In this document: positions 10,901 to 19,586 of the stretch, piece by piece | How positions within the stretch are numbered: position 1 is the stretch's first letter | Layout of the letters: each line of letters opens with the position of its first letter | Assembly: GCA_964291315.2 (NCBI GenBank) | Contig: OZ219750.1 | Coordinates: 64,001 to 128,000 of the forward strand | Length of the DNA: 64,000 nucleotides | Source of the DNA: Candidatus Poribacteria bacterium | Lineage (GTDB): Bacteria > Poribacteria > WGA-4E > WGA-3G | Reading direction: 5' to 3' | Notes under the pieces: model-generated | Database searches by the model: none | Seen by the model: the letters and a program-made list of their open reading frames with translations, nothing else | Told to the model about the DNA's origin: nothing | Made by a program: the position numbers and the translations under genes

Positions 10901-12104
10901 CGCCAGCGACGTGGGGGGCGGCCATCGAGGTTCCAGTGAGCCGGCGATATTGGTTATTAATTTGTGTGCTGAGAATCACATTGCCCGGTGCTCCGATGTC
11001 TATAGAGGCCCCGAAGTTGGATTGGTAGAACCGCTGCTGATTCTGATCGGTAGATGCGACAGCGATGACCTTACGATAGGCAGCGGGGAAGATTGTCTGC
11101 GGTTTTTGGCCGTTGCCTGCAGCAGCCACCAATATCACGCCGCATGCGTAGGCATAATCGATTGCATTTTGAATAACAAAAGAGCGCTGTTCACTTCCCC
11201 AGCTCATGTTGATGACGCTTGCGCCGTTGTCTGCGGCATAAACGATTGCAGCGGCGGAGTCATCGTCCTGCATTCGTGAACTGCCCCCGAGTGAAAGTCC
11301 GGCGCGTATCGCCATAAGTGGACATTTCCAAGCCACGCCTGCAATGCCGATGCCATTGTCGGGCATCGCGCCGGCAATACCAGCAACGTGTGTGCCGTGT
11401 CCGGTTTCATCAATCGGCTCGTTATCACCTCCAATATAATCGCCTTCTGCTTGTAAGTTGGGGGCATCGGTAAAATCCCAGCCGTAGATATCGTCGATGT
11501 AGCCGTTGCCATCGTCGTCGAGTCGGTTTTCTGGAACTTCTCCCGGGTTTATCCACACTTTAGGTGCCAAATCGTCGTGTTTGTAATCGATGCCGGAGTC
11601 TATGATAGCGATGACGACTTTTCGGTTTCCTTTTTCAATTGCCCATGCTTGTGGCAGTTTCATCAGGGGCAGACTCCACTGCTCGGGATATTTGGGATCG
11701 TTTGGAACAACAACGTTCGCTAACGTAGGACGGAGGTAATTATACTCGACAGCCTCAACGAAAGGGCTCTGTTCATAGGCAGCTTTCAAGGCTTCAAGCG
11801 GAGCGTCGGTGGCGAAACGCAACAGATAGATACGTTTCAGGTTAGGATTGAGCGATGGGTGTGCGAGGTAAGGGAACAAAGGGTAAAGCGATTCCACCTT
11901 ATGTTGTACATGCATTGCGGCGATCGGGGCGTTGGCGTGCAACGACTCAACATCGGCTGCTGCGTCTGGTGTCAAACGAATCAAGAGTTCACCGGGGGTG
12001 ATTTGAGCGGTGAGGTTTGTTAACTGCAGATCTTCTGGAGCAGCATCGGTGTTAACGTGACTCAATAGCAGGATGCACAAAGCTAGGATTCTAAGGTATC
12101 TCAT
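7968..12104 (-). CDS. Secreted S8 subtilisin-family protease with an FG-GAP-like propeller, FN3/Ig domains and a T9SS-like C-terminal domain
   Basis: Signal peptide; triad motifs IIDSG, HGTHVAG, GTSMAAPHVAG; seven DxDxDG-type repeats; C-terminal VYPNP...SSGIYIY...KIAVIK. Confidence 0.88.
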   Translation of the reverse strand: MRYLRILALCILLLSHVNTDAAPEDLQLTNLTAQITPGELLIRLTPDAAADVESLHANAPIAAMHVQHKVESLYPLFPYLAHPSLNPNLKRIYLLRFATDAPLEALKAAYEQSPFVEAVEYNYLRPTLANVVVPNDPKYPEQWSLPLMKLPQAWAIEKGNRKVVIAIIDSGIDYKHDDLAPKVWINPGEVPENRLDDDGNGYIDDIYGWDFTDAPNLQAEGDYIGGDNEPIDETGHGTHVAGIAGAMPDNGIGIAGVAWKCPLMAIRAGLSLGGSSRMQDDDSAAAIVYAADNGASVINMSWGSEQRSFVIQNAIDYAYACGVILVAAAGNGQKPQTIFPAAYRKVIAVASTDQNQQRFYQSNFGASIDIGAPGNVILSTQINNQYRRLTGTSMAAPHVAGVAALMLAKRPGLTQEEVRQILINTAHPIYRANSTQLDEKFVGAGNISAGRALLASSALQARIFAPETNSGGADSITVIGTAGGYKFHSWQLSYGQSTLPTKFTPFTQDSTTQKIRETLTVWDTTTVPEGIYTLRLTTTATDGQKTHDQVVLSVDRTPPHISSLTATQTLYGNRGLTVLTWATDDVTQNTLYYKRKGTGAPFASVPITDLGVEHFLALGLETGTYQFFVEAVNTTNLKGKADNNGDFYNIDVTGGYISPNGFAVIPLDIPPLRIASVTSDFDADGLLEIIGSPLNSETEPHTELQAAIFAIYEQLPTGKYELAHAFESLDGLSNLEKFITWTVDDTDGDALLEVLATDDERTFLIESTAPRGYPNQIIWESPFLSCATIGDLDRDGQKEIIGADNNNDRLLVFEYDPTTNTHVEKAALLNETRGANVFAKTFAIADFDADGRTELVTGDSEGEIFLYESTSTRNTFRMEWQTQLPLKNITQFASGDLTGDGKPEFVIGGSLALHTRSSSGPLLWKFFVFTHTPNGYAALSDETRDAAAAVALHHRSGNSLTIADFNQDGDNELIVATYPNLYVMRWNGTMLLPVWHRRIEQTPALLTAELNQNGFNEFYVNLENGIYRCESIFATQPDSLDVIKPWHIEARPLTEKAVQVTWNAQLDDTNSPEQLETSLRFTVYRAQGRKEKAPPYSEFQKIAENLTTPRFIDRRVTKDNTYWYTLTAQLDADTETQHTAPVSATPRKPPQLIRALYLSPGEKIPTLQAEPQVDIHADPLQENIWVMLTFDRPMNFGIGNENRYVLRVAKRIDGVTPVSAIRDREGTRALLTFDARKFLTHFRQPLTAKTDAYEITVSNVTDLDDNPIRAATRPLEIPFTVTDTVSDLKQARVYPNPVRPNTVDKGAITFDKLPIGTRIQLFDTNGVLLETLNVTEQDYNRKEWWLTSNSTADVSSGIYIYVLEFDTLKKVGKIAVIK

Positions 12105-12238
12105 ACAGAAGGTATTTGAGAGAGCAAGGTGCTACTTTTGTATCTTAAGGTCTCCCTGCTTATGTCATCCTACAAGTTCAAAAGTTTCAGAGGCTGGACT
12201 GATGACGAGGTTCCAGCTAGGTCGGTTCCATGATGGCG

Positions 12239-13405
12239 TTATTCGAAGAGCTGAAGCTCGCCGTTTTTGACGATAAGTACAATCGGGTCGTATATTGCTT
12301 CACCGTTGGTGTCGAAAGAGAAATTGCCCAAAATCGTGGGTAAATCTGTCGTTTGTCGCAGAGCATCACGAATGGCGGATGCATCTGTGGATTGTGCGTT
12401 TGCAATTGCGTTGGCGAGAATAGAGAGAGTAGCGTATGATTGTGCTGCCCAAGGTTTAGGTTCAATGCCGTATTTCGCTCGATAATTCTCGACGAATGCT
12501 TGGTTTCCGGGTGTGTTGGACAGCCTCGACCATCCTACAAAAGTTATTGCGCCCTCGGCGGCAGCTCCTACTTTTTGTACTTCGCTTCTTGTCAAATCTG
12601 GAACGATAAGGTGAACGGTATGAGGTATTCCGATGTCTCGTGCTTGAACGATAATCTGCACCATTTCCGGTGTCAGTGCAGAGATAAAGAGTGCTTCGGG
12701 TGCCATATTCATGATATTGGTTAATTGCTGAGAGAAATCAGTATCGCCGGCGTGGAAGGTTTCTGCCGTCAGAATCTCGACGTTGCTTATTCCAAGTGCT
12801 TTTGTTATTTCCTCGTTGCTACTCGTGGCGTAGGTATCAGAGGCATCATATATCGTTGCTACTTTTTGATAGCCTAGTTTTTCTTGTGTTACCATCACGC
12901 CACTGGGATTCAGTAGGTTTGTGGCAAGCCCGGCGCGGAAGATATAGTCTCCGAGTGTGCTCAAACCTGCGGCGGAGGAGAGCGAATCAAAAGCGACCAC
13001 GCTATTCTCTTGGGCAACCGGGAAAACAGCCTCGGAATGCATTGAAATACCAATCCCGACGATGACGGGTAAGCCCTGGTTTACCAATTTCTGGACAGCT
13101 GCGATCCCGCCTTCTAACGTGCTTTGCGTGTCTACGGTGGTGAATATGAGGTTTGCATCGCTGATCATATTAATTTCTTCTAGTGCCAATTCAAAGCCGC
13201 GTTGCATTGGGAGTCCATACGGTTCAGCAAATGGTCCTGTCAAAGGTACCGCCATACCGATGGGCATTTCTTCGGTCATCGTTTGAGGCGCCACCGTTTT
13301 GTCATCCGGCAGCATCGGAGCGATTTTTTCGCAACTGGTAAGTCCTATAACTAAAGCACCAACTGCGACCACAAACGCAAATGTTGCCATTTTCCAAAGG
13401 TACAT
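12239..13405 (-). CDS. Branched-chain amino acid-type ABC substrate-binding lipoprotein
   Basis: Lipobox LTSC; IGMAVPLTG, YIFRA, GDTDFSQQLT, AAQSY; no cognate permease adjacent. Confidence 0.85.
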   Translation of the reverse strand: MYLWKMATFAFVVAVGALVIGLTSCEKIAPMLPDDKTVAPQTMTEEMPIGMAVPLTGPFAEPYGLPMQRGFELALEEINMISDANLIFTTVDTQSTLEGGIAAVQKLVNQGLPVIVGIGISMHSEAVFPVAQENSVVAFDSLSSAAGLSTLGDYIFRAGLATNLLNPSGVMVTQEKLGYQKVATIYDASDTYATSSNEEITKALGISNVEILTAETFHAGDTDFSQQLTNIMNMAPEALFISALTPEMVQIIVQARDIGIPHTVHLIVPDLTRSEVQKVGAAAEGAITFVGWSRLSNTPGNQAFVENYRAKYGIEPKPWAAQSYATLSILANAIANAQSTDASAIRDALRQTTDLPTILGNFSFDTNGEAIYDPIVLIVKNGELQLFE

Positions 13406-13828
13406 GTTGAATCTCCTTTATTGTGAAGTAGTAAGTGTAAGAGAAATATCACTCTTGACCTATTCCGTTGTTGTCAGAGAGAGCGAATTTTGCATCAAAC
13501 CCGTATTGATATTCCAAAACCGTTTTGAAAATTGGATACTGTCAGGTAATCTCCTGATGCAAAGGGGCAATCGTTGTCTATTACATGATACCCACCACGG
13601 ATAAGCTCCGCGTGCTTCTTACGGTCTTTTAGACACCTGACTCGATATGAGCCCCGGAAAGGGTGCGCATTTATCGAGTCTACATAGGTCTCGTTGATAC
13701 AAGACACAAGGGGAATACCGCCGCTCCGACTCTAGGGTTGAATAACCTATCCTGATACCTCTATATTTCTATCTTTCGCTCATAACAAACAGAAACAATG
13801 CTATAATAACGCGAGCTTGATAATATTT

Positions 13829-13854
13829 GGCTTCTCTTTGGATAAAGAGAAGCC
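13829..13854. terminator. Perfect 11-bp hairpin, terminator-like
   Basis: GGCTTCTCTTT-GGAT-AAAGAGAAGCC followed by TTT. Confidence 0.55.
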
Positions 13855-13894
13855 TTTACAGAACCGAACAGGTTGTGCAAGAAGCGTTGAAGGG

Positions 13895-13918
13895 GCAGAG
13901 ACTGACAGTCTATGCTAC
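13895..13918 (-). repeat. GTAG-type REP-like palindrome
   Basis: Minus strand GTAGCATAGACTGTCAGTCTCTGC; near-identical to the copies at 60927 and 61002. Confidence 0.75.
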
Positions 13919-14164
13919 AAGTGCCTTGCAGAGGAACTGAACAAGCTATAGGACAGCTCTAAGTCTTTTTTCAAACCGATGTTATAATAAAGTATAACAC
14001 ATTTTATAGCGTTTCTCACGTTTATTTGACAACCGCCCGAAAGAACAAGGTTCGAGCCAAGCCCAGAATTTAGGATTGTTAAGTAGTTCGGTTCATAGTT
14101 AGAAACTATTGTCAATCGAAAAATCGTTATCGATTATCAGAGAAAGTGTTCCGTCGGAGTTGGG

Positions 14165-15094
14165 TTAAAATACGTGCAATACTTCTGTGGTTTTATCGTT
14201 AACAATTGCGATTGCGATATTTCCTCGGGTGTGATTAGAGAAGGTGATGACCCATGCGAACCCGTGAAAGGTTGAATAGGCGTGGAGGTTGCTTTGACCG
14301 GTTAAGGCTGCTTTGACTCGGGTATCTAATTTTGCTACTTCAAGGACTGTGTCGGATTTTTGCTGCGGAGAAAGGGCTTGAGTTGCAAGCGAATCCGATA
14401 TCTGTGCACCTTTGTCGATCTCTGGCGGCAATATTTGGGGTTTTTGCTGTGCGATCCTTCTAAGCCGGAGTGCCTGTCGGCGATATGCGTCTTGGTGTTT
14501 CTGATAATCCTTAAGTCCGTAGGCAATTGGAATCTTTTCATATTGTGTTGCGCACATCTCTGCCGCATCCGCTTCGAGTTGAAGCATTTTCACATAATCG
14601 CCTTTCTGTTGCGCTAACTCGCGTTGTTTTCTGAAGAAAGTTGGATAGATACCAAATTCGTAAAACCGATTCGGATAGCGAGGTAGCCATGTTGTGATAA
14701 ATTTTTTGATGTTTTCAGATTCGATGTCTAGTTGCAAAAGAATGTCTGGATCACAAAGCGTTCCTACAAGCTTCTGCCGGGCGATTTCGGCGCGTGTGCG
14801 GTGAAATCGATGTTGTGCCTGAATTTCTTGTGCTTCTTTCTTTGCTCGCACCGTCCATTTCTTGTATCCATGTTGGACGTAGTAGTCGTGTGCGATCTTG
14901 TTCATCGGAACGGAGATGCGTTTAAGGCAGTCAGCAGCGGCTTCGTGCCAGAGCGCGAGCTTGGCGTAGTCACCAGACTGTGTATAGCGCGTAATAAAGA
15001 GCTCTGCGGTGGCTGCCCCTTGAAGAACTGCAAGGCATGGTTCCACAAAGCTGAGAGAAATCGGTAGAAGTGATAGAACGAGAACTCTTATCAT
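14165..15094 (-). CDS. Hypothetical secreted helical protein
   Basis: 309-aa ORF with an N-terminal signal-like segment; start overlaps the upstream stop; two similar helical units (GDYAKL...AAD / GDYVKM...AAE). Confidence 0.65.
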   Translation of the reverse strand: MIRVLVLSLLPISLSFVEPCLAVLQGAATAELFITRYTQSGDYAKLALWHEAAADCLKRISVPMNKIAHDYYVQHGYKKWTVRAKKEAQEIQAQHRFHRTRAEIARQKLVGTLCDPDILLQLDIESENIKKFITTWLPRYPNRFYEFGIYPTFFRKQRELAQQKGDYVKMLQLEADAAEMCATQYEKIPIAYGLKDYQKHQDAYRRQALRLRRIAQQKPQILPPEIDKGAQISDSLATQALSPQQKSDTVLEVAKLDTRVKAALTGQSNLHAYSTFHGFAWVITFSNHTRGNIAIAIVNDKTTEVLHVF

Positions 15095-16098
15095 TGCAAC
15101 ATGAATCGGACGTTTCCGGAGAAGGTTTCATCCGGGGCCAGCACAATCACTCCTGCAGGAATCTCCTTTGCTTCTAAATTGATGGCATCGGTTGGACATG
15201 TATAAGGTTCAAAACAGATAGCGTCTCTACCGGGGGGTGTGTAGACAACAAGCTCTCTGAATATTGCCTCTGATTCCATTACTAATGTGTGTCCGGTGTC
15301 TTTATTTTCGATGAGGCATCTACTTACGCCATCAACGAGTTGCACATCTGTAAAGACATGATCTAGTTTTAGTTTTCCGAACGGTTGTCCTTTGCGTAAA
15401 TCGAGCGTTCCAGTGACTGCCTGCTGTCTGCCGGTTGGAATGAGGAGGTCATCTAATTCCCAGTACTGAGCGGCGGGCACGGTAATCAATGCCTCTGCTG
15501 CATTCGCTGTTCCGGTCAAGTTTGTACGAAAATAGGGGTGGATACCGAATCCCATTGGCATATTCTGGTCGCCTATATTTTTGATGGAGATTCCCATCGT
15601 TAGTATAGCGTCTCTGAGGGTGTAGGTAACCTCAATTTTAAAAGGGAAAGGATATTGGCGAATGACATCTGGAAAATCTTGGGAGTTCAGCGAGCATATC
15701 AATGTTGCGCTATTCTCATCAGCGGTGTATTTATCGACATGATAGGGTAAATTTAAGAGTAAACCGTGGATTGTTGTCGGAGATTCGGGTGCCTTGTCAA
15801 ACTGATAGGTTTTTCCTTCAAACCGCCATCTGCCGTTTCGTATTCGGTTGGGGAACGGAAACAGGATTGGGTTGCCGTAAGCAGTGGGACGTTGCTTTAA
15901 GGTAGCGAGGTCTGGCGGTGAGTCTATCAGGTGGATCCACTTTCCGTTATCTGCTACTTTAAAGAGGTAGCAATTATTTCCGAGCTCTGGCAGAATCTCA
16001 GCGAAGGCTTTTCCATTTTGCTGGATGCGGTAGATCTGATATTTTGAGATCGGGGTGTCAATCGTTTCTGTTGTGACTGAATACGTTGTGTTTGTCAT
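15091..16098 (-). CDS. Aldose 1-epimerase (galactose mutarotase-like) family protein
   Basis: LFPFPNRI, IHGL, GIHPYF, LDHVF, ICFEP; start moved to ATG 16098 behind the purine-rich AGAGAGG RBS. Confidence 0.85.
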   Translation of the reverse strand: MTNTTYSVTTETIDTPISKYQIYRIQQNGKAFAEILPELGNNCYLFKVADNGKWIHLIDSPPDLATLKQRPTAYGNPILFPFPNRIRNGRWRFEGKTYQFDKAPESPTTIHGLLLNLPYHVDKYTADENSATLICSLNSQDFPDVIRQYPFPFKIEVTYTLRDAILTMGISIKNIGDQNMPMGFGIHPYFRTNLTGTANAAEALITVPAAQYWELDDLLIPTGRQQAVTGTLDLRKGQPFGKLKLDHVFTDVQLVDGVSRCLIENKDTGHTLVMESEAIFRELVVYTPPGRDAICFEPYTCPTDAINLEAKEIPAGVIVLAPDETFSGNVRFMLQ

Positions 16099-16213
16099 TG
16101 TTTCCTCTCTATCGGCGTCTGCAAGCATGGTTGAAAGCAGGAGAACCACACAAATTATTCGAACGTGGGGTGTGTGTTTCCAAATGCTTCGAGATTGCGG
16201 GAGAAAAAGCGTA

Positions 16214-19200
16214 TTAACCATTGTTTTTACCTTGTAAAGGGACGGGAGTCCCAGAATTTAACGACAATTCCGGCAAGCTTTTAACAATCTCCACCGTTTT
16301 TAGGCTAATAGTGATAACGCGCGCCACTAAATCCACAATATACCGCGGCGCATCCGCACAATTCGGATCGGTAACCAGCCCGCTCCGACTGTGCGTCTTC
16401 ACACAATACTGATCTATCACCCACTCCAAAGCTGAACGAGTGCCTAACCGATACGCAAACGCCTCGGCAGGAATTCCTTCCAACGTCAAGAACTCGTTAT
16501 ATATCAACTGTGTTTTGTCTTTGGACAGCTTCATTTTCTCCACGCGCCAATTGAGCGGCACCTCGGGGTTCTGAATCAATTTGAGATCTTCATATTCGGG
16601 TTGAGATTCGTAGTTAACGTGGAGGTCTGCGAGTTGTGCGCCTGCGGTAGCGAACGCCCAGAAGTCTGCAGCGAAGGGGATGTGCGGCAGATCGCGCTTG
16701 AGGTTCGCCTCGTATCTCTCTCGGTAGTCAGGGTGATGCAGGAGTCCATAGGTATAGTGGAAGATGTCCCACTTGCTGATGGTATCGTCTTTGTAGTGTG
16801 AGCGGAAATGTGCCAATGCCCAATCGGTGATATTTTCGCGGCGATTTGCGCCGTCTTCGTCATAGGTGTAGAACGGGAAACATTGGGTATCGCCTGTGAT
16901 ATGGATATCTGGAATTGCATCAACTATTAGCGTACGGAAAGATGAGTTGGTGCCCGGACAGCTGACACAGATCACCTGATTTTCTGCCTCTGTCTCTAGT
17001 GTTGGGAATATCACATACTGCTGGTAGCGTTCCTCATTCCAGAAATCATCAAAGTAGAGATATTTTTGGCAAAATGGGCGATACAACGCGTTCCGAAAGT
17101 GACTATCCTCGTAGATGCTTAGCTCCAATTTCTTCAGTAACTTCTTCGTTTGGCGACTCCACTTGATACGTGGATCGGTTGTATCAATGAAACGCTCAAC
17201 CGGGGCATTCGGATCATGCCTTCGCTTCCTGTCAACTGCGGTGTTGTATATCTCAATAAATGTGCGGACGCGCTCTTGTAGCACTGTCAGATCAGAGGCG
17301 TATACTAAACTGTCTCTGCTGGTAGAAACACCACAAGAGTAAAGATTAAAAATCGTCGCTCCATCCGTGCTCTTCTTACTTTTTACTGCTTTTGTGCCCA
17401 TGGGAACGAAGGTCTCAAACTCAGGACGGAGCCCTTCCGTGAGCCAGGTATGCCGCGCATCTAACACCGCTTGCTTCAACGGAACATTTGTATAGTCGCT
17501 GAACTCGACCAAAAGATCCTGCTTCTCCCGAGATTTCATATAGTCTTCGACAGCATAGAGCCAAACCTCCGCAGGTGCAGCGGGCAGTCCAGCCTTTTTG
17601 ATGAAGAAACTGATACCGACACCCACCCGGATCTGATCTTCAAAAACATTGCCGCCCTCTTTTCGGCGGCGCTCGCCCGAGGTGCGGGCATCGCCTTTCA
17701 TGTTAATATGATAAATCTTAGTGAAGTCTTGTGCCAAGTGTTTTCGCATTCCATCAAACGCAATCCTGTCCAAGAAGCTGTTGTTTGTCACAAGTGCCAC
17801 GATGCCCTCTGCTCCAATCCGGTCCGAGGCCCAGCGGATCGCCTTCACATACGGATCGTAGAGCTTATTTCGGTTCTGTGCCGCGGAGTCTGTGACATAC
17901 GTCTCCGCAACGCGCGCGTCCATGAGCGGATGCTTCCTATTCTTGTTGTTATCGTTCTCATTCTTCTGCCCGGCGTTGTAGGGCGGATTGCCGATCACTA
18001 CGAACATGTCCGCTGACTTCTGCTGCAGCACCCGCTCCGTGTTTTCACGCGTGAAGAGCTCTCCCTGCTCCTGCTCAAGCAGCTCAAATGTGTCTGCTAG
18101 CACGATACCCTCAAACGGCAGATACGCACCCGTCCGACGGAAGTATTCCTGCTCAATGTTCAGACTGGCGATATAATACGGTAAAAGCATCACCTCATTG
18201 CAGTGGAGTTCGGGCGGAGTGGCGGTGTATTTTCGCTCCAGTGAGATCGGATCGAGTGCCTGCATCAGCCGCACGATGAAGTTGCCGGTGCCGACAAACG
18301 GGTCTATGATATGTACACCGCTATCCGACAGCGAACGATCAAACTCGGTTTTCAAAATGTGTTGCACGCTGTTGACCATGAAATCCACGATCGGCTGCGG
18401 GGTATAGACGATGCCGTGTGTGTCGGCTGTATCTTCGGAGAACCCTTGAAAGAACTGCTCATAGAACGTATTGAGGAAGTGCTGTTTCTGTGAGAAGTCT
18501 TTGCAGAATAGCGCCGCTTGTTCAATAGCGCTGTAGAAACGATCTAAGGGAGCGAGAAACACATCCCGGCTGAACGCTCTATGGATCAGTTTATCCACCA
18601 CGTTTTCAATCTCGCGTGCGATGATGTTCCGGCGCGTGAAATCAGAGTTGTTAAAGACGGTGCGGAAGATGCGTTCGGTGAGGATGTGTTGGATCAGCAT
18701 CTCCTCGACCTCACCGTGTGAGAGCTCTGGATTGATCGCCGTGCGACAGGTCTCATAAAAGCTGGCAAATGCGGCTTGGAACGCTGTATCCGCCGTGTGC
18801 TGCTCGTCTATGAGCTCCTTCAACTTGCCTGCGAGGGCCGGCACGTGTTCTTTGAAGTCGTTGACAACCGACTGCCAATTTTCCAATGCCGGTGGCACAT
18901 AAGCGAACAGACATTCAAGAGCGGAGATCAGTCCTGCAGCGTTGCGGATGTCGCTGTCTAAGGCGACCTGTCCGTTCTGATACAAAATAGCGCGCTGTGG
19001 GTTCTGGAACAGGATGTTGTCTAGCGGATACCCCGCCGCGCGTTTCTCCTCAACGGCTTTAGGGAGATCGTCATCTATATCTTTTGCCTCCCAATAAGCG
19101 ATCGGCAGGCTATATTCATCCAAGATTGCGCCGTCAATCACGATGCGGTTTCCGTTGGGGGCGTGCATCTGATATTGCGGGATGAGTGTCGCTTCCACCT

Positions 19201-19342
19201 GCTTCGCGCAAGTATCGAGCAAGAAGGCGAACGGATTGCTAACGGCACCCTCGTGCGTTGCCTTGTGCTGGTCGTATGCTTGCAGTGTGGCGTAATAGTC
19301 GCGGATCGGCTTGTGGGTAGGTTTGAGTTTGAGTTGTGACAT
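16214..19342 (-). CDS. Single-chain restriction-modification enzyme (PD-(D/E)xK nuclease + N6-adenine methyltransferase + type ISP/LlaBIII-like specificity region), no helicase domain
   Basis: IDG...YWEAKD, GIVYTPQPIVDFM, DPFVGTGNF, GNPPY, YRPF, TQCFPFY, YRERYEANLKRDLPHIP. Confidence 0.85.
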   Translation of the reverse strand: MSQLKLKPTHKPIRDYYATLQAYDQHKATHEGAVSNPFAFLLDTCAKQVEATLIPQYQMHAPNGNRIVIDGAILDEYSLPIAYWEAKDIDDDLPKAVEEKRAAGYPLDNILFQNPQRAILYQNGQVALDSDIRNAAGLISALECLFAYVPPALENWQSVVNDFKEHVPALAGKLKELIDEQHTADTAFQAAFASFYETCRTAINPELSHGEVEEMLIQHILTERIFRTVFNNSDFTRRNIIAREIENVVDKLIHRAFSRDVFLAPLDRFYSAIEQAALFCKDFSQKQHFLNTFYEQFFQGFSEDTADTHGIVYTPQPIVDFMVNSVQHILKTEFDRSLSDSGVHIIDPFVGTGNFIVRLMQALDPISLERKYTATPPELHCNEVMLLPYYIASLNIEQEYFRRTGAYLPFEGIVLADTFELLEQEQGELFTRENTERVLQQKSADMFVVIGNPPYNAGQKNENDNNKNRKHPLMDARVAETYVTDSAAQNRNKLYDPYVKAIRWASDRIGAEGIVALVTNNSFLDRIAFDGMRKHLAQDFTKIYHINMKGDARTSGERRRKEGGNVFEDQIRVGVGISFFIKKAGLPAAPAEVWLYAVEDYMKSREKQDLLVEFSDYTNVPLKQAVLDARHTWLTEGLRPEFETFVPMGTKAVKSKKSTDGATIFNLYSCGVSTSRDSLVYASDLTVLQERVRTFIEIYNTAVDRKRRHDPNAPVERFIDTTDPRIKWSRQTKKLLKKLELSIYEDSHFRNALYRPFCQKYLYFDDFWNEERYQQYVIFPTLETEAENQVICVSCPGTNSSFRTLIVDAIPDIHITGDTQCFPFYTYDEDGANRRENITDWALAHFRSHYKDDTISKWDIFHYTYGLLHHPDYRERYEANLKRDLPHIPFAADFWAFATAGAQLADLHVNYESQPEYEDLKLIQNPEVPLNWRVEKMKLSKDKTQLIYNEFLTLEGIPAEAFAYRLGTRSALEWVIDQYCVKTHSRSGLVTDPNCADAPRYIVDLVARVITISLKTVEIVKSLPELSLNSGTPVPLQGKNNG

Positions 19343-19348
19343 ACGCAT

Positions 19349-19377
19349 ATAATAGCAGGTCTCGGAATAGAACGCAA
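19349..19377 (-). promoter_or_regulatory. Sigma70-type promoter positioned for a leaderless mRNA of the RM gene
   Basis: TTGCGT-17-TATTAT with extended TG; 6 nt separate the -10 box from ATG 19342; no RBS. Confidence 0.6.
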
Positions 19378-19415
19378 CAGGAAAATCAGGGCTCTCACAC
19401 AACCTAAATGAAGAT

Positions 19416-19517
19416 GCACAGGAAACCACCAGCCTATTCTACAAGACAACGAAGAGGTGCAAACTGACAGGTTAGGCTACAAGGGTAGAAGATGCCCGGA
19501 CTGACAGCCTATGCTAC
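19416..19517 (-). repeat. Cluster of three degenerate GTAG-type REP-like units
   Basis: gcacaggaaaccaccagcctattctacaag, gcaaactgacaggttaggctacaag, gcccggactgacagcctatgctac. Confidence 0.65.
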
Positions 19518-19586
19518 CAGCTCGGAGTTGGTGCGCCAGTGCATACCAGGGTGTAGCACCTCTCGAAAGATTAAAGAGATAAGTTC

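Noticed and set aside
13495-13707. 70-aa minus-strand ORF in the long intergenic region
   Set aside because: GTG start, no RBS and no recognisable motif; the region is better explained by hairpins. Not fully excluded.
16099-16221. Apparent signal peptide on the aldose epimerase
   Set aside because: The extension precedes a good RBS and ATG at 16098 and overlaps the RM gene end; probably not translated.
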